Shown here piece after piece: positions 1 to 9,659 of a stretch of 64,000 bases of DNA. The notes under the pieces are model-generated. The model did no database searches. It saw nothing but the letters and a program-made list of their open reading frames with translations, and was not told the DNA's origin. The stretch comes from an uncultured delta proteobacterium (GTDB lineage Bacteria; Desulfobacterota; RBG-13-43-22). Position 1 is the first letter of the stretch; every line of letters begins with the position of its first letter. The DNA is taken from assembly GCA_963790475.1 (NCBI GenBank), contig CAWBOS010000010.1, positions 32,001-96,000 of the forward strand. The letters are read 5' to 3'. A program made the translations under genes and the position numbers.

Positions 1-2529
1 GAGTGCTACCAATGCCTGGAGGTCTGCAAGCCCGGAGCGATTGATCATACCCAGAAGGGAGAAGAGATCTCTTTGGAAGTCGGGGCCGTTATTCTGTCTC
101 CCGGATTTGAGGTCTTTGATGCCCGTCTTAAAGGGGAGTATGGTTACGGCCGCTATCCCAATGTCCTGACCAACCTGGAATTCGAGCGTATCCTTTCCGC
201 CTCCGGGCCTTATCTGGGGCATGTTCAGCGGCCTTCGGATGCTAAGGAACCTCAAAGAATAGCCTGGATCCAGTGTGTCGGTTCCCGGGATAGGTTGGTC
301 AATCAGGATTATTGCTCATCGGTCTGCTGTATGTCGGCCACCAAACAGGCCGTCATAGCCAAGGATCACCTGCCGGGTGTGGAACCGGCCATTTTTTTTA
401 TCGATATGCGGGCCCAGGGCAAAGGCTTTGAGCGCTATTATGAACGGGCTAAAAACGAGCACGGGATCCGTTATGTGCGCAGTCTGATTTCCAGGGTGGC
501 GGAAAATCCCCTGACCCACAACCTGGTCATTTCCTATATCGATGAAAACGATCATTTTCAAAACGAGGAATTCGACCTGGTCATCCTCTCCGTGGGAATG
601 AAGCCCCATTCGGATTCTAAGGCGCTTGTTGAAACTTCGAATATTCAAACCGATCGTTTCGGTTTCTGCCAACCCCCGCCTTTGAATATCGTCGGGACTT
701 CCCGACCGGGAATTTTTGTCTGTGGGGTCTTTCAGGGTCCCAAAGATATCCCCGAAACCGCCATTCAGGCCAGCGGGGCAGCCGGGGCGGCGGCGGCAAT
801 TCTCTCAGATGCGCGGGGCACTCAGGTCAGGGAATTCGTTTTTCCGGAGGAACGATTGGTTCAAGGGGAAGAGCCCAGAATAGGGGTCCTGATCTGCCAT
901 TGCGGGATTAATATCGCCGGTATCGTGGATGTGGATCAAGTCACGGAGTATGCCAAGACCCTGCCCGAAGTGGTCTATGCCGATCATTTTCTTTTTTCCT
1001 GTTCGACCGACAGTCAGGAACAACTGCAAACCGTTATTCGTGAGCATCGATTGAACCGGGTCATTGTGGCCTCCTGTTCCCCCCGGACGCATGAGGGTTT
1101 GTTTCAGAATACGCTTCGCCGGGCCGGGTTGAATAAATACCTTTTTGAAATGGCCAACATTCGCGATCAGTGCTCCTGGGTCCATCAAAATGAACCGGTT
1201 GCCGCAACAGAAAAGGCCAAAGACCTGGTGCGTATGGCCGTGGCCAGGTCCCGTCTATTAGAACCGCTGGCCGAATTTTCTTCCGAGATCGTAACCAAGG
1301 CCCTGGTTATCGGGGGTGGGGCGGCCGGGATGACTGCCGCCCTCAATTTGGGCGATCAGGGTTTTGAAACTTTTCTGGTCGAGCAAACGAATTGTTTGGG
1401 TGGGCAGGCCCTGCGCCTGTATCAAACCTTGGAAGAGCAGGGTGTGCAGGATTATATCAGCAACCTGATCCAACAAGTCACCCATCATCCGCGTATCCGA
1501 ACCTTTCTTCAAAGTCAAGTTACGGAAATAAAAGGCTCGCTGGGTAATTTTATCACCAGCATTGTTCATGAGGGGGGGAAGGTCCTGGTGAATCACGGGG
1601 TAGTCATTGTGGCCAGCGGCGGATCGGAACACCGCCCGGATGAATATTTGTTCGGATCGAATCCTTATGTGAAAACCCAACTCGATTTCCAGGAAATCCT
1701 GTTTCAGCAACCTGAAAAAATCAGGGAAGCCAAACAGGTGGTCATGATCCAATGTGTCGGGTCCCGGGAGGAAGCCCACCCTTATTGCAGCCGGGTCTGT
1801 TGTTCGACCGCAGTGGCCAATGCCTTGAAGATCAAGGAAATCAGCCCCAAGACTGAAGTCGCCATCCTGTACCGGGATATACGGACATACGGTTTGAAAG
1901 AACTTTATTACAAACAGGCCCGGGAAGCAGGGGTCCGTTTTATTCGTTTTGAACCCCCGGTCAAACCCGAAGTCATGGAAGATCAGGGGAATTTAATAGT
2001 AAAGGTTCTGGATCAGAATTTGAAAAAGCACCTTCGGCTGAAGGCTGATTTTCTGGTCCTTTCAGCGGCCATCCGCCCGGCCCCGGAAGCCAAGGCCCTG
2101 GCCAGCAGCCTGAAACTCCCCCTGGATGCCGACGGCTTTTTTCTGGAAGCCCATATAAAACTAAGACCCCTCGATTTTGCCAATGCCGGTATGTTTCTCT
2201 GCGGTTTGGGACATGGTCCTAAATCCCTGGAAGAATCCATCGCCCAGGCCAAAGGGGCCGCGGCCAGGGCGGCAACGATCCTGGCCAAAAAAGAAATTCA
2301 GGTCGGGGGCAATGTGGCCGTAGTGAATGAAGAGTTGTGCGTGGCTTGTCTGACCTGTATGCGGGTCTGCCCCTTCGGAGTCCCTGCGGTGAACGAACGT
2401 CATTTTGTCGGGATGGATCCGGCGGCCTGTCAAGGATGCGGAAACTGTGCCAGTGCCTGTCCCCAGGGGGCCATTCAGGTGGGGCATGCCCGGGGGAATC
2501 AGTATATGGCTCTTTTAGAAGCGTGTTAA
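1..2529 (+). CDS. hdrA: Heterodisulfide reductase subunit A-like polyferredoxin flavoprotein (5'-partial, frame open to window edge)
   Basis: Frame open from base 1 (ECYQCLEVC...). Two HdrA-type modules: IQCVGSRD...CSSVCC, ICHCG...CS...ASCSP...NIRDQCSWVH, GGGAAG FAD motif, second IQCVGSRE...CSRVCC, C-terminal 2x[4Fe-4S] CxxCxxCxxxCP. Confidence 0.9.
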   Translation, partial: ECYQCLEVCKPGAIDHTQKGEEISLEVGAVILSPGFEVFDARLKGEYGYGRYPNVLTNLEFERILSASGPYLGHVQRPSDAKEPQRIAWIQCVGSRDRLVNQDYCSSVCCMSATKQAVIAKDHLPGVEPAIFFIDMRAQGKGFERYYERAKNEHGIRYVRSLISRVAENPLTHNLVISYIDENDHFQNEEFDLVILSVGMKPHSDSKALVETSNIQTDRFGFCQPPPLNIVGTSRPGIFVCGVFQGPKDIPETAIQASGAAGAAAAILSDARGTQVREFVFPEERLVQGEEPRIGVLICHCGINIAGIVDVDQVTEYAKTLPEVVYADHFLFSCSTDSQEQLQTVIREHRLNRVIVASCSPRTHEGLFQNTLRRAGLNKYLFEMANIRDQCSWVHQNEPVAATEKAKDLVRMAVARSRLLEPLAEFSSEIVTKALVIGGGAAGMTAALNLGDQGFETFLVEQTNCLGGQALRLYQTLEEQGVQDYISNLIQQVTHHPRIRTFLQSQVTEIKGSLGNFITSIVHEGGKVLVNHGVVIVASGGSEHRPDEYLFGSNPYVKTQLDFQEILFQQPEKIREAKQVVMIQCVGSREEAHPYCSRVCCSTAVANALKIKEISPKTEVAILYRDIRTYGLKELYYKQAREAGVRFIRFEPPVKPEVMEDQGNLIVKVLDQNLKKHLRLKADFLVLSAAIRPAPEAKALASSLKLPLDADGFFLEAHIKLRPLDFANAGMFLCGLGHGPKSLEESIAQAKGAAARAATILAKKEIQVGGNVAVVNEELCVACLTCMRVCPFGVPAVNERHFVGMDPAACQGCGNCASACPQGAIQVGHARGNQYMALLEAC

Positions 2530-2551
2530 AAAAAGTTATTAATCGATATTT

Positions 2552-2965
2552 ATGCCCGAATCTTTCGAACCGAAAATAATCGCCCTGGTCTGTACCTACT
2601 GTACCTATACGGCAGCGGATATGGCCGGTTCCATGAGAATGCAATATCCGTCCAATGTCCGGATTGTTAAATATCTTTGTACCGGGAACATCGATATCCA
2701 ACATATCTTGAAGGGGTTTGAAAAGGGGGCTGATGCCATCCTGGTGGGCGGCTGAGAAATCGGAGACTGTCATTTCCTGGAAGGAAATCTAAGGGCCAAA
2801 GAAAGGGTTGAATATACTAAAGAGTTGTTGAAGGAAATCGGCTTGGAGCCTGACCGGCTGGAGATGTTTCATATCGGCGCCTCCGACGCCCCGGCCTGGG
2901 CCAGGGCAGTGACCGAGATGACTGAGCGGGGCAAGAAGCTGGGGCCGAACCCGTTAAAAAAATGA
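2552..2965 (+). CDS. mvhD: MvhD-type hydrogenase iron-sulfur subunit, selenoprotein (in-frame TGA 2753-2755)
   Basis: FEPKIIALVCTYC...ADMAG...CTG...GAD...VGG-U-EIGDCHFLEGN; the frame continues with MvhD-like sequence (IGLEPDRLEM...KLGPNP) to TGA at 2963-2965; U sits where MvhD has a conserved Cys. Confidence 0.92.
2772..2788 (+). promoter_or_regulatory. Putative bacterial SECIS apical hairpin of mvhD
   Basis: ATTTCCT-GGA-AGGAAAT, perfect 7-bp stem with G-containing loop, starting 16 nt after the UGA. Confidence 0.7.
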
Positions 2966-2980
2966 ATCAAATTTTTTTTG

Positions 2981-3146
2981 GACAGGATTTACCGGATCAC
3001 TTGAATTTATTTGCCTTTCCAGAAGAAAGGCAAATAGAAGATTTCCAAAATATAAACGCCTAAGTCTCCGCTGAAAACGGATTGAGGTTGCCCAGGGTGT
3101 CTTCCGGAACCTGGGCAATAAAGATGTAAATCCTGTTAATCCTGTC
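2981..3146. repeat. MITE-like palindromic intergenic element
   Basis: Terminal inverted repeats GACAGGATTTACCGGAT / ATCCTGTTAATCCTGTC (15/17 match); internal hairpins TATTTGCCTTTC..GAAAGGCAAATA and TTGCCCAGG..CCTGGGCAA. Confidence 0.65.
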
Positions 3147-3176
3147 AGATAGGAATATTTTAATTAAGGAAATTTT

Positions 3177-3860
3177 ATGATCGTTGCCAGTCGGAAGCCT
3201 TTTGAAGAGATCAAAAAGAGCCTTGCCGCTTATCAGAATATTTTGGTAGTGGGCTGTGGAACCTGTGTAGCCGTCTGCTTAGCCGGCGGGAAAAAAGAAG
3301 TGGGCCTCCTGGTCAGTCAGTTGAAGATGAGCTTCGGCTTGGAAAAGAAACAGGTACAGATCTCCGAAGAAACCCTGGAACGGCAATGTGACCGGGAGTT
3401 CCTGGAAACGATTCGAGAACCGTTGAAAGATGTCGATTGCCTTTTATCATTGGCCTGCGGGGCCGGGGTTCAGTTTTTGGCTGAGACTTATCCTGAAAAG
3501 AAAGTTTTCCCAGGTGTGAATACTTCCTTTATCGGCGTGGCCGAAGCCGCAGGATTATGGACCGAACGCTGCCGAGCCTGCGGGGATTGCGTGCTGGCCC
3601 TGACCGGCGGAATATGCCCAAGAACCCGGTGTACCAAAGGGCTTAATAATGGTCCCTGTGGAGGAATGGCGGGTGGAAAATGTGAGGTGGACCCGGAACG
3701 GCCCTGTGCCTGGGTCGCCATCTATGAACGGTTGGCCACTGAAGGAAGGCTCGACCAGATTGAAAGCATGCTTCCCCTAGCGGACTATCGCCGCCGGACA
3801 AAACCAGGGAAGGTCACTCATATGGCTTATTTGAGGAGGTACCATGCCGGGTCCAAGTAA
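3177..3860 (+). CDS. metV: MetV, methylene-THF reductase Zn/FeS subunit
   Basis: VGCGTCVAVCLAGG, ERQCD, LACGAGVQ, ERCRACGDC...GGICP.TRC.KGLNNGPCGG...GKCEV...CAW; directly upstream of metF. Confidence 0.88.
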   Translation: MIVASRKPFEEIKKSLAAYQNILVVGCGTCVAVCLAGGKKEVGLLVSQLKMSFGLEKKQVQISEETLERQCDREFLETIREPLKDVDCLLSLACGAGVQFLAETYPEKKVFPGVNTSFIGVAEAAGLWTERCRACGDCVLALTGGICPRTRCTKGLNNGPCGGMAGGKCEVDPERPCAWVAIYERLATEGRLDQIESMLPLADYRRRTKPGKVTHMAYLRRYHAGSK

Positions 3861-4722
3861 GTTGGCAAAGAATTTAGAGTCCGGTTCCTTTATCGTAACC
3901 TGTGAACTGGACCCCCCGAAGGGGACGGGCTGGTCGGTGGTTGATTCAAAAATTGCCGCCGTGAAAAATAAAATCCAGGCGGCAGTGGTTTCCGATAATC
4001 CCAAAGCCCGGCTTCTCATGGCCCCGATTGGGTTTTGTCGTTATCTGATCGAACAAGACCTCGAACCGGTTATGACTGTGACTTGCAGGGACCGAAACCG
4101 TCTGGCCTTACAATCCGACCTATTGGCGGCGGCTGGTCTAGGCATACAAAATATTCTGGCTGTAACCGGGGATTATATAACCTGGGGGGATCATCCGGAG
4201 AGCAAACCGGTTTATGATCTGGATTCCGTTCAACTGATCTGGGCCATATCCCAGATTAACCTGGGACGGGATATTTCCGGAGGAGTCATTGAAGGTCCGG
4301 CCGCTTTATTCACGGTCGGTGGGGCGGTAACGCTTACGGCCGATCTTATTTTTCCACAGATTCTAAAGTGCAGAAAAAAGCAGGAAGCCGGTGCCCATTT
4401 TTTGGTCAGCCATCCTATTTTTGATCTGGCCGGGGTTGAGGAATTTTTCAAGCAGGCCTCCGAAGTAAAAATCCCTTTGCTGGCCTCGGTCTGCTTGTTG
4501 AAGGAAGAACAGGTCCGGGAATATTTGCCGGGTAAATATCCCGGTTTATCAGTCCCTGAATCGGTGGTGGAAAGATTTAAATCTCTTAATTCAACCGAAT
4601 TCCGGTCCGGGATGATTGAGTACACAGCCAATTTGATTGAAACCATAAGGAAAGACAGGCGTTTTCGAGGGGTCCATTTGATGCTGCAAGGAGCTGAAGA
4701 ACAGATTGGGGAGTTAATTTAG
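3844..4722 (+). CDS. metF: Methylenetetrahydrofolate reductase MetF-like (divergent)
   Basis: VTCELDPPKG, TCRDRNRLALQSDLL, TGD...GDHP..KPVYDLDS, GVHLM. Confidence 0.85.
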   Translation: MPGPSKLAKNLESGSFIVTCELDPPKGTGWSVVDSKIAAVKNKIQAAVVSDNPKARLLMAPIGFCRYLIEQDLEPVMTVTCRDRNRLALQSDLLAAAGLGIQNILAVTGDYITWGDHPESKPVYDLDSVQLIWAISQINLGRDISGGVIEGPAALFTVGGAVTLTADLIFPQILKCRKKQEAGAHFLVSHPIFDLAGVEEFFKQASEVKIPLLASVCLLKEEQVREYLPGKYPGLSVPESVVERFKSLNSTEFRSGMIEYTANLIETIRKDRRFRGVHLMLQGAEEQIGELI

Positions 4723-4725
4723 ATT

Positions 4726-4841
4726 GGGGAGTTTTTAGTTCGGAGTATTTAGTTCGGAGGAAGAAGTTTTGAATTATAATGGAAATAATTTAACTCCGAA
4801 CTCAGAACTCAGAACTCAGAACTCCGAACTATTCACTCCCT
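4726..4841. repeat. Inverted pair of tandem heptamer arrays (TCGGAGT / ACTCAGA type)
   Basis: Left arm GGGGAGT TTTTAGT TCGGAGT ATTTAGT TCGGAGG; right arm ACTCCGA (ACTCAGA)x3 ACTCCGA ACTATTC ACTCCCT. Confidence 0.8.
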
Positions 4842-4880
4842 AACTCATGATTCAAAACCAAAATGATTAACTATTAATAT

Positions 4881-5930
4881 ATGAACCCGACCAACTCAAA
4901 AGTCCTCATACTCGGCGGCGGCATAGCCGGTATAACAACGTGCCCTGGCCCTGAGCCGCTTGAATATATCGGTGACCCTGATAGAAAAATCTGCCGTGTT
5001 GGGCGGTATGGTCCGGAATTTTTGCTGTAAGGCCGGCGAGGCCTGCCAGCAATGCGGCGTTTGCCTGTTAAATGATTCTTTGCAGGCCTTGAATAACGAT
5101 TCGAATATTGAAGTCCTTTTACAAACCGAAGTGATTGACCTGACCTTGAAGCCGACGAAATTTCTCTATACCTATAGCCGCCCTGGAGGGGGTGGCGAGG
5201 GGAGGGCCAAGGCCCTTCTTCTGGCAACCGGTTTTACCCCCTTCAGGGCTGAAGACAAACCCCAGTATCGGTATGGAATACTTCCGAATGTAGTGACCGG
5301 TTTGGATCTGGAAAGACAATTTCAGGAACACCGGTATGGTTTTCAGGCCTTCCGATCATGCCCTTCCCGCCTCTGTGGCCTTTATCCAATGTGTCGGCAG
5401 CAGGGATCTTCACTTGAATCACCCCTTTTGTTCTCAAGTCTGTTGTGCCTATGCCCTGCGGATGGCCAATCTCATCAAACACAAAAATCCACAAACCGAA
5501 GTAACAATTTTTTATATGGATATCCAGACCTTCGGCAAAGATTTTTCCCTTTTTATGGAACGTAGCAAAAAACAAATCCGTTTTATCCGGGCCATTCCCG
5601 GTGAAATTCAAAAGGCGGAAAATGATCAGGTTCTGTTGACCTTCCAGGACGAGTGACGGGTCTCCCAGCCGGAAGCAGGCCTTTGATCTGGCCGTACTTT
5701 CCGTCGGTATAATGCCCGGAGCGGATCATGAGTTTTTCAAAGAAAAACTGGGATTGCATTTAAATGCCGACGGTTTTTTGGAAAGAGGAAATGAAGCCCT
5801 TTCTTCTGATAATGGTATTTTCCTGGCCGGAACCGTCCGGGGTCCAAAAGGCATTGCCCAGAGTATTACCGAAGCCTACCGGACGGCGGAAGAAATTGCG
5901 GCTTATTTAAAAACAAGGCCCAGAGGATGA
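4881..5930 (+). CDS. hdrA: HdrA-like FAD oxidoreductase, N-terminal-half type (three +1 frameshifts, probably assembly errors)
   Basis: Stitched frames: KVLILGGGIAG, IEKSAVLGG..CCK...CQQCGVC, LLLATGF..Y.YG.LPNVVTGLDLE, IQCVGSRD..FCSQVCC, FDLAVLSVG, GIFLAGTVRGPKGIAQSI. Confidence 0.75.
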
Positions 5931-7591
5931 TCCCTCAAGAAGAATTCAGGAAAATACCCAGGGTGCTTATTTGGGGCAAGGGCCTTACGGCCGGGGAAAC
6001 GGCTTCCCGTCTTAAATCGTTAGGCTATGAAGTCATAACGGTGAATCCGGATAACCAAATCCAGGTGCTTGACATTAAAGGGTTTTGCCGGAGACTTCCA
6101 GGTGTCCCTTAGGCAAACCATCTCTCCCTTTGGACAAAGAGGAGAAGAAGGAGAATTTGGAAAGAAGGTGGACTGAGAATGTCGGGGCGATTGTATTTGC
6201 GCCGGAGCTGGTTTCCGAGGGAAATTATTCCTCCTATCGGTTAACCCCTTCTTCACAGATTATTACTTTAGAAGAACTGACTGCGATTCTATTTCCGGTT
6301 TCTCAAAATACTCTGATTTCCCCTCCCTCTTTAACCAGGGAGAATGAGAGTGGGGGTGAAAAGGGAAAAGGAGAAATTGAGCGTCTTAAGTCTGATTCTT
6401 ATGTCGCCTTTCTGGTAGGGCTAAGTAGTGAAGGCAATGTCCCGGACATGGAAAAGGCCTTGTCGGCGGCCCTATTGATTCGAGAGAAATATCAATTTCA
6501 AGTCTCCATGTTTTGCCGCCAGGTCAAGGTGGCCGGAGAAGGGATGGAACGACTCTATCAAGCCTGCCGGGATGAGGGGGTTTTGTTTTTCAAGTTTGAT
6601 CAAGAAGGTCCGGCATTGTTAAGAACGGGGGATGAGGTTGTGCTTCAATTTGAGGACCCCGTTTTGAAGCTGCCCTTTGAATTGACCCCTGATCTTCTGG
6701 TAGTTGATTCCCGGCATTCGCTGCCTTCGGAGGTCCGGGAAACTGCTTTGTCGTCCGGAATAGGGATGGATAAAAGCTGTTTTCTTCAGCCGGCCAATGT
6801 TCATCTTCTACCCCAGGCCTCTCAGCGGGAAGGTATATTTATCGCCGGTCCGGGTAAAGGCCCGATGCTTCCCCAAGCAGGTATGGAGGAGGCCGGGGCC
6901 GCGGCCCTTTCGGTCCATCATTTTTTCCAAGGCCGGACTTCCGAACCGATGAACCAGGAGATTACCGTGGATAAAGGGCTTTGCACCCTTTGTCTGACCT
7001 GTCTGCGGTATTGTCCCCACCAGGCTATCGGCTGGACCCACCGGATTTTTATTCACCCCCTGGCCTGCCGGCGCTGCGGTATCTGTGCCAGTGAATGCCC
7101 AATGGACGCCATCCAGATTGACGGTTATTCGGATGAGGAGGTCGAGGACCAAACTTGAGATCATTCGGGAAAGATGGGATCAGAGCGGAATCCAGTCAAC
7201 CCAGGATAGTCATCTTTGGATGCCAACGTTCGGCCGGGGTGGCCTGGGAGGAAGTTCAAGGTTCAAGGTTCAAGGCTCACAAGTTCAAAGTTCAAAGTGA
7301 TGTAGAATTTATTTCATTGCCCTGTGCCGGAAAGCTGGATCCGGATCATTTGTTGAGAGCCTTGACCATGGGCGCTGAGGGGGTAATGGTTTTGGCCTGT
7401 CCTGAAGAAAACTGCCGCTCCGTACATGGAAACTACCTATGCCCGGGAGCGTATCCGGGAGGCCCGAAATTATATTGAAGAGGCCGGAGTTCAATCCGGA
7501 AAGAATCCGTTTTGAACATCTTTCGAGCAATATGGAATGGTATTTAATCGAAGTAATTGATAATTTCTTAAAGCAATTAGCTGTCACTTAG
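5927..7591 (+). CDS. HdrA C-terminal-half / ferredoxin / MvhD-like fusion (about six +1 frameshifts)
   Basis: ERLYQACRDEGVLF, GIFIAGPGKGP, CTLCLTCLRYCP / CRRCGICASECP, then MvhD-like RIVIFGCQRSA, LPCAGKLD, VLACPEENCRSVHGN, PERIRFE to TAG 7589-7591. Confidence 0.72.
7254..7298 (+). repeat. Tandem heptamer GTTCAAG/GTTCAAA array inside a coding region
   Basis: GTTCAAG x3, GCTCACAA, GTTCAAA x2; read in frame as VQGSRFKAHKFKVQS. Confidence 0.75.
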
Positions 7592-7671
7592 AAGTGCTTC
7601 GGGCAATTGGCATTATTGTAAGGGCCGGTTTCGCAATCTGCCGAACATAGGGCATCTAGAGACCTTCGAAT

Positions 7672-8141
7672 ATGGATCCGCATCGATCTCAAAAAATTAG
7701 ATCCCGATTTCAAACATCGGGTGGCCCGGGAATTAGGCGGGGAACAGATAAAAAAATGTTTTTCCTGCGGGGTCTGTTCGGCCCGTTGTCCGATTGAAAA
7801 AATCGAACCGGAATATAATCCGCAGAAGGATTATCCGTATGATCCTGCTGGGGATGGAGGAAGAACTGCTCAAAGAAGAATTTCTCTGGCACTGTTCAAC
7901 CTGTTATACCTGCCAGGAAAGCTGTCCCCAGCAGGTCGATTTTACGGAAGTCGTTTTTGCCTTGCGCAATATGGCCGTTCGCAAGGGACTGGCTCCTCCG
8001 GGCATGGGGGCAGCCCGAAACCTGCTTGGTCAACAAGGGCGGATGTATGAGGTGGGAGAATTTGAAAATGAAAAACGGAAGGAAATGGGATTGCCGGAGA
8101 TTAAAGGGAATAGCAAAGATATTCAAAAGATCTTAAAATAA
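7672..8141 (+). CDS. hdrC: Heterodisulfide reductase subunit C (two +1 frameshifts)
   Basis: CFSCGVCSARCP and LWHCSTCYTCQESCPQQV in consecutive frames; hdrB downstream. Confidence 0.82.
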
Positions 8142-8197
8142 AGTTCAAAGAATGATAGATTTTATTATGATACCAACTACGATGATAGGCCTGAAGA

Positions 8198-8225
8198 TGT
8201 AGCACAGCCGCCCTCGGCTGTGTCC
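8198..8225 (+). repeat. REP (GTAG + palindrome), left flank of RAYT
   Basis: TGTAG-CACAGCCG-CCCT-CGGCTGTG-TCC. Confidence 0.85.
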
Positions 8226-8779
8226 TCTATATCCTTGGCAAAACCAAGCAAAGGATTTTCCCGACGTAACTTGCCGCACCTGCAAGCTGAAGAAAGAACG
8301 TTTTTTGTCACTTTTGCAACTTATAGACGATGGCACCTTCCCGAGTCGGTGAGAGAGATCATAATAAAGCACTGTCTCCATGATCATAAAACCAAATTGC
8401 AGGTCCATGGTGTTGTTGTTATGCCGGATCATGTTCACATGGTTTTTACACCTCTGAAGGATAGAATCAGGTAATCCCTTTGGCTTGCCTGAAATTATGA
8501 ATGGCATTAAAGGGGCTTCAGCCCACAGTATTAACAAGTTACTCAAGCGACGAGGTCATGTCTGGCAGGATGAATCTTTTGATCACATTTTGCGGTCAGA
8601 AGAAAAAATGATTAGTAAGGTCGAATATATCTGCCAAAATCCGGTGCGAAAGGGTCTGGTAAAAGAAGTCAGATGATTACCCCTGGCTCTGGCGGGAATG
8701 GGTGGAAGGGAAAAATGGACACAGCCGGGGGCGGCTGTGCTACAAAACGATAAATACAGGAATTTCTAAAATACTATGA
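8220..8779 (+). mobile_element. REP-associated tyrosine (Y1/HUH) transposase, RAYT (two +1 frameshifts)
   Basis: RRNLPHL, FFVTFAT, HUH motif VVMPDHVHM, VWQDESFDHILR, catalytic YICQNPVRKGLV, DYPW; flanked by inverted REPs; stop overlaps the hdrB start (ATGA). Confidence 0.85.
8717..8744 (-). repeat. REP, right flank of RAYT (inverted copy)
   Basis: Reverse complement matches 8198-8225 at 27 of 28 positions. Confidence 0.85.
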
Positions 8780-9657
8780 AATATGCCTTCTTTTTAGGAT
8801 GTACGGTTCCGGTTCGCAATCTGAACTATGAGCTATCCGCCCGGTGGGTGGCCCGGGAATTGGGATTGGAACTGGTTGATCTCGAAGATTTTCAATGCTG
8901 TGGATTTCCCTTAAAATCGATCAATAATTTTGATTCCCTGGTTGTCGCCGCCCGCAACCTGGCTTTGGCTGAACAGGCCGATCTGCCGGTTTGCACCTTA
9001 TGCAGCGCCTGTGGCGGCTTTTTAAGCGAGGCCAATCACCTGCTTCAACACCGCAGCGATTTAAAAACTCAGGTCAATGACCGATTGAAGGATTCCGGGT
9101 TGGAATATAAGGGAACAACCCAGGTCAAACATTTTATTCGTATCCTCTATGAAGAGATAGGAATTGAAAGAATACGGGAAAAAATCATTCGTCCGCTTTC
9201 CGGGTTTACCTTCGCCCCTCACTATGGCTGTCATTATATCAAACCGGCCCGGACCGCCGGCGGGATTGATCCGGTGGAGAATCCTAAATCATTGAGCGAA
9301 TTGATTGAAGTCACCGGGGCTAAGGCCCTCCATTATGAAACCCTGCTGGATTGCTGCGGGGGGAGTGTCTTGGGGGTCAAAGAGGATCTGGCCAATACCC
9401 TGGCCGGGAACAAACTCTCCGAAGTGGACCGGTTGGGAGGAAACGGGCTGGTCTTGATCTGCCCCTTCTGTAATGTAATGTTTGAAGGACAGCAAAAAAA
9501 GATAGAAAAAAAACTTGAACAAAAATTGAAGGTGCCTGTTCTGTACTACCCCCAGCTTTTGGGTTTGGCCCTGGGGGCCTCCCCGGAAGCCTTGGGATTT
9601 AAATTGAATCGAATCAAGGATAAAGAATTTTTAAACCGTTTTGAGGGGAGGGTCTGA
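8776..9657 (+). CDS. hdrB: Heterodisulfide reductase subunit B
   Basis: YAFFLGC, CCGFP, LCSAC, HYGCH, CCGG, ICPFC, VPVLYYPQLLGLA: two CCG domains. Confidence 0.92.
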   Translation: MKYAFFLGCTVPVRNLNYELSARWVARELGLELVDLEDFQCCGFPLKSINNFDSLVVAARNLALAEQADLPVCTLCSACGGFLSEANHLLQHRSDLKTQVNDRLKDSGLEYKGTTQVKHFIRILYEEIGIERIREKIIRPLSGFTFAPHYGCHYIKPARTAGGIDPVENPKSLSELIEVTGAKALHYETLLDCCGGSVLGVKEDLANTLAGNKLSEVDRLGGNGLVLICPFCNVMFEGQQKKIEKKLEQKLKVPVLYYPQLLGLALGASPEALGFKLNRIKDKEFLNRFEGRV

Positions 9658-9659
9658 TT

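Noticed and set aside
4793-4841. Short repeats as a CRISPR array
   Set aside because: 7-nt tandem units without unique spacers; no cas genes in the window
5654-5656. TGA after FQDE as possible selenocysteine
   Set aside because: Homology (FDLAVLSVG) continues in the +1 frame and the same frame hits another TGA; this is a frameshift, not recoding
7156-7158. TGA ending ORF 6085-7158 as possible Sec
   Set aside because: Not a Cys-equivalent position; the continuation is in shifted frames
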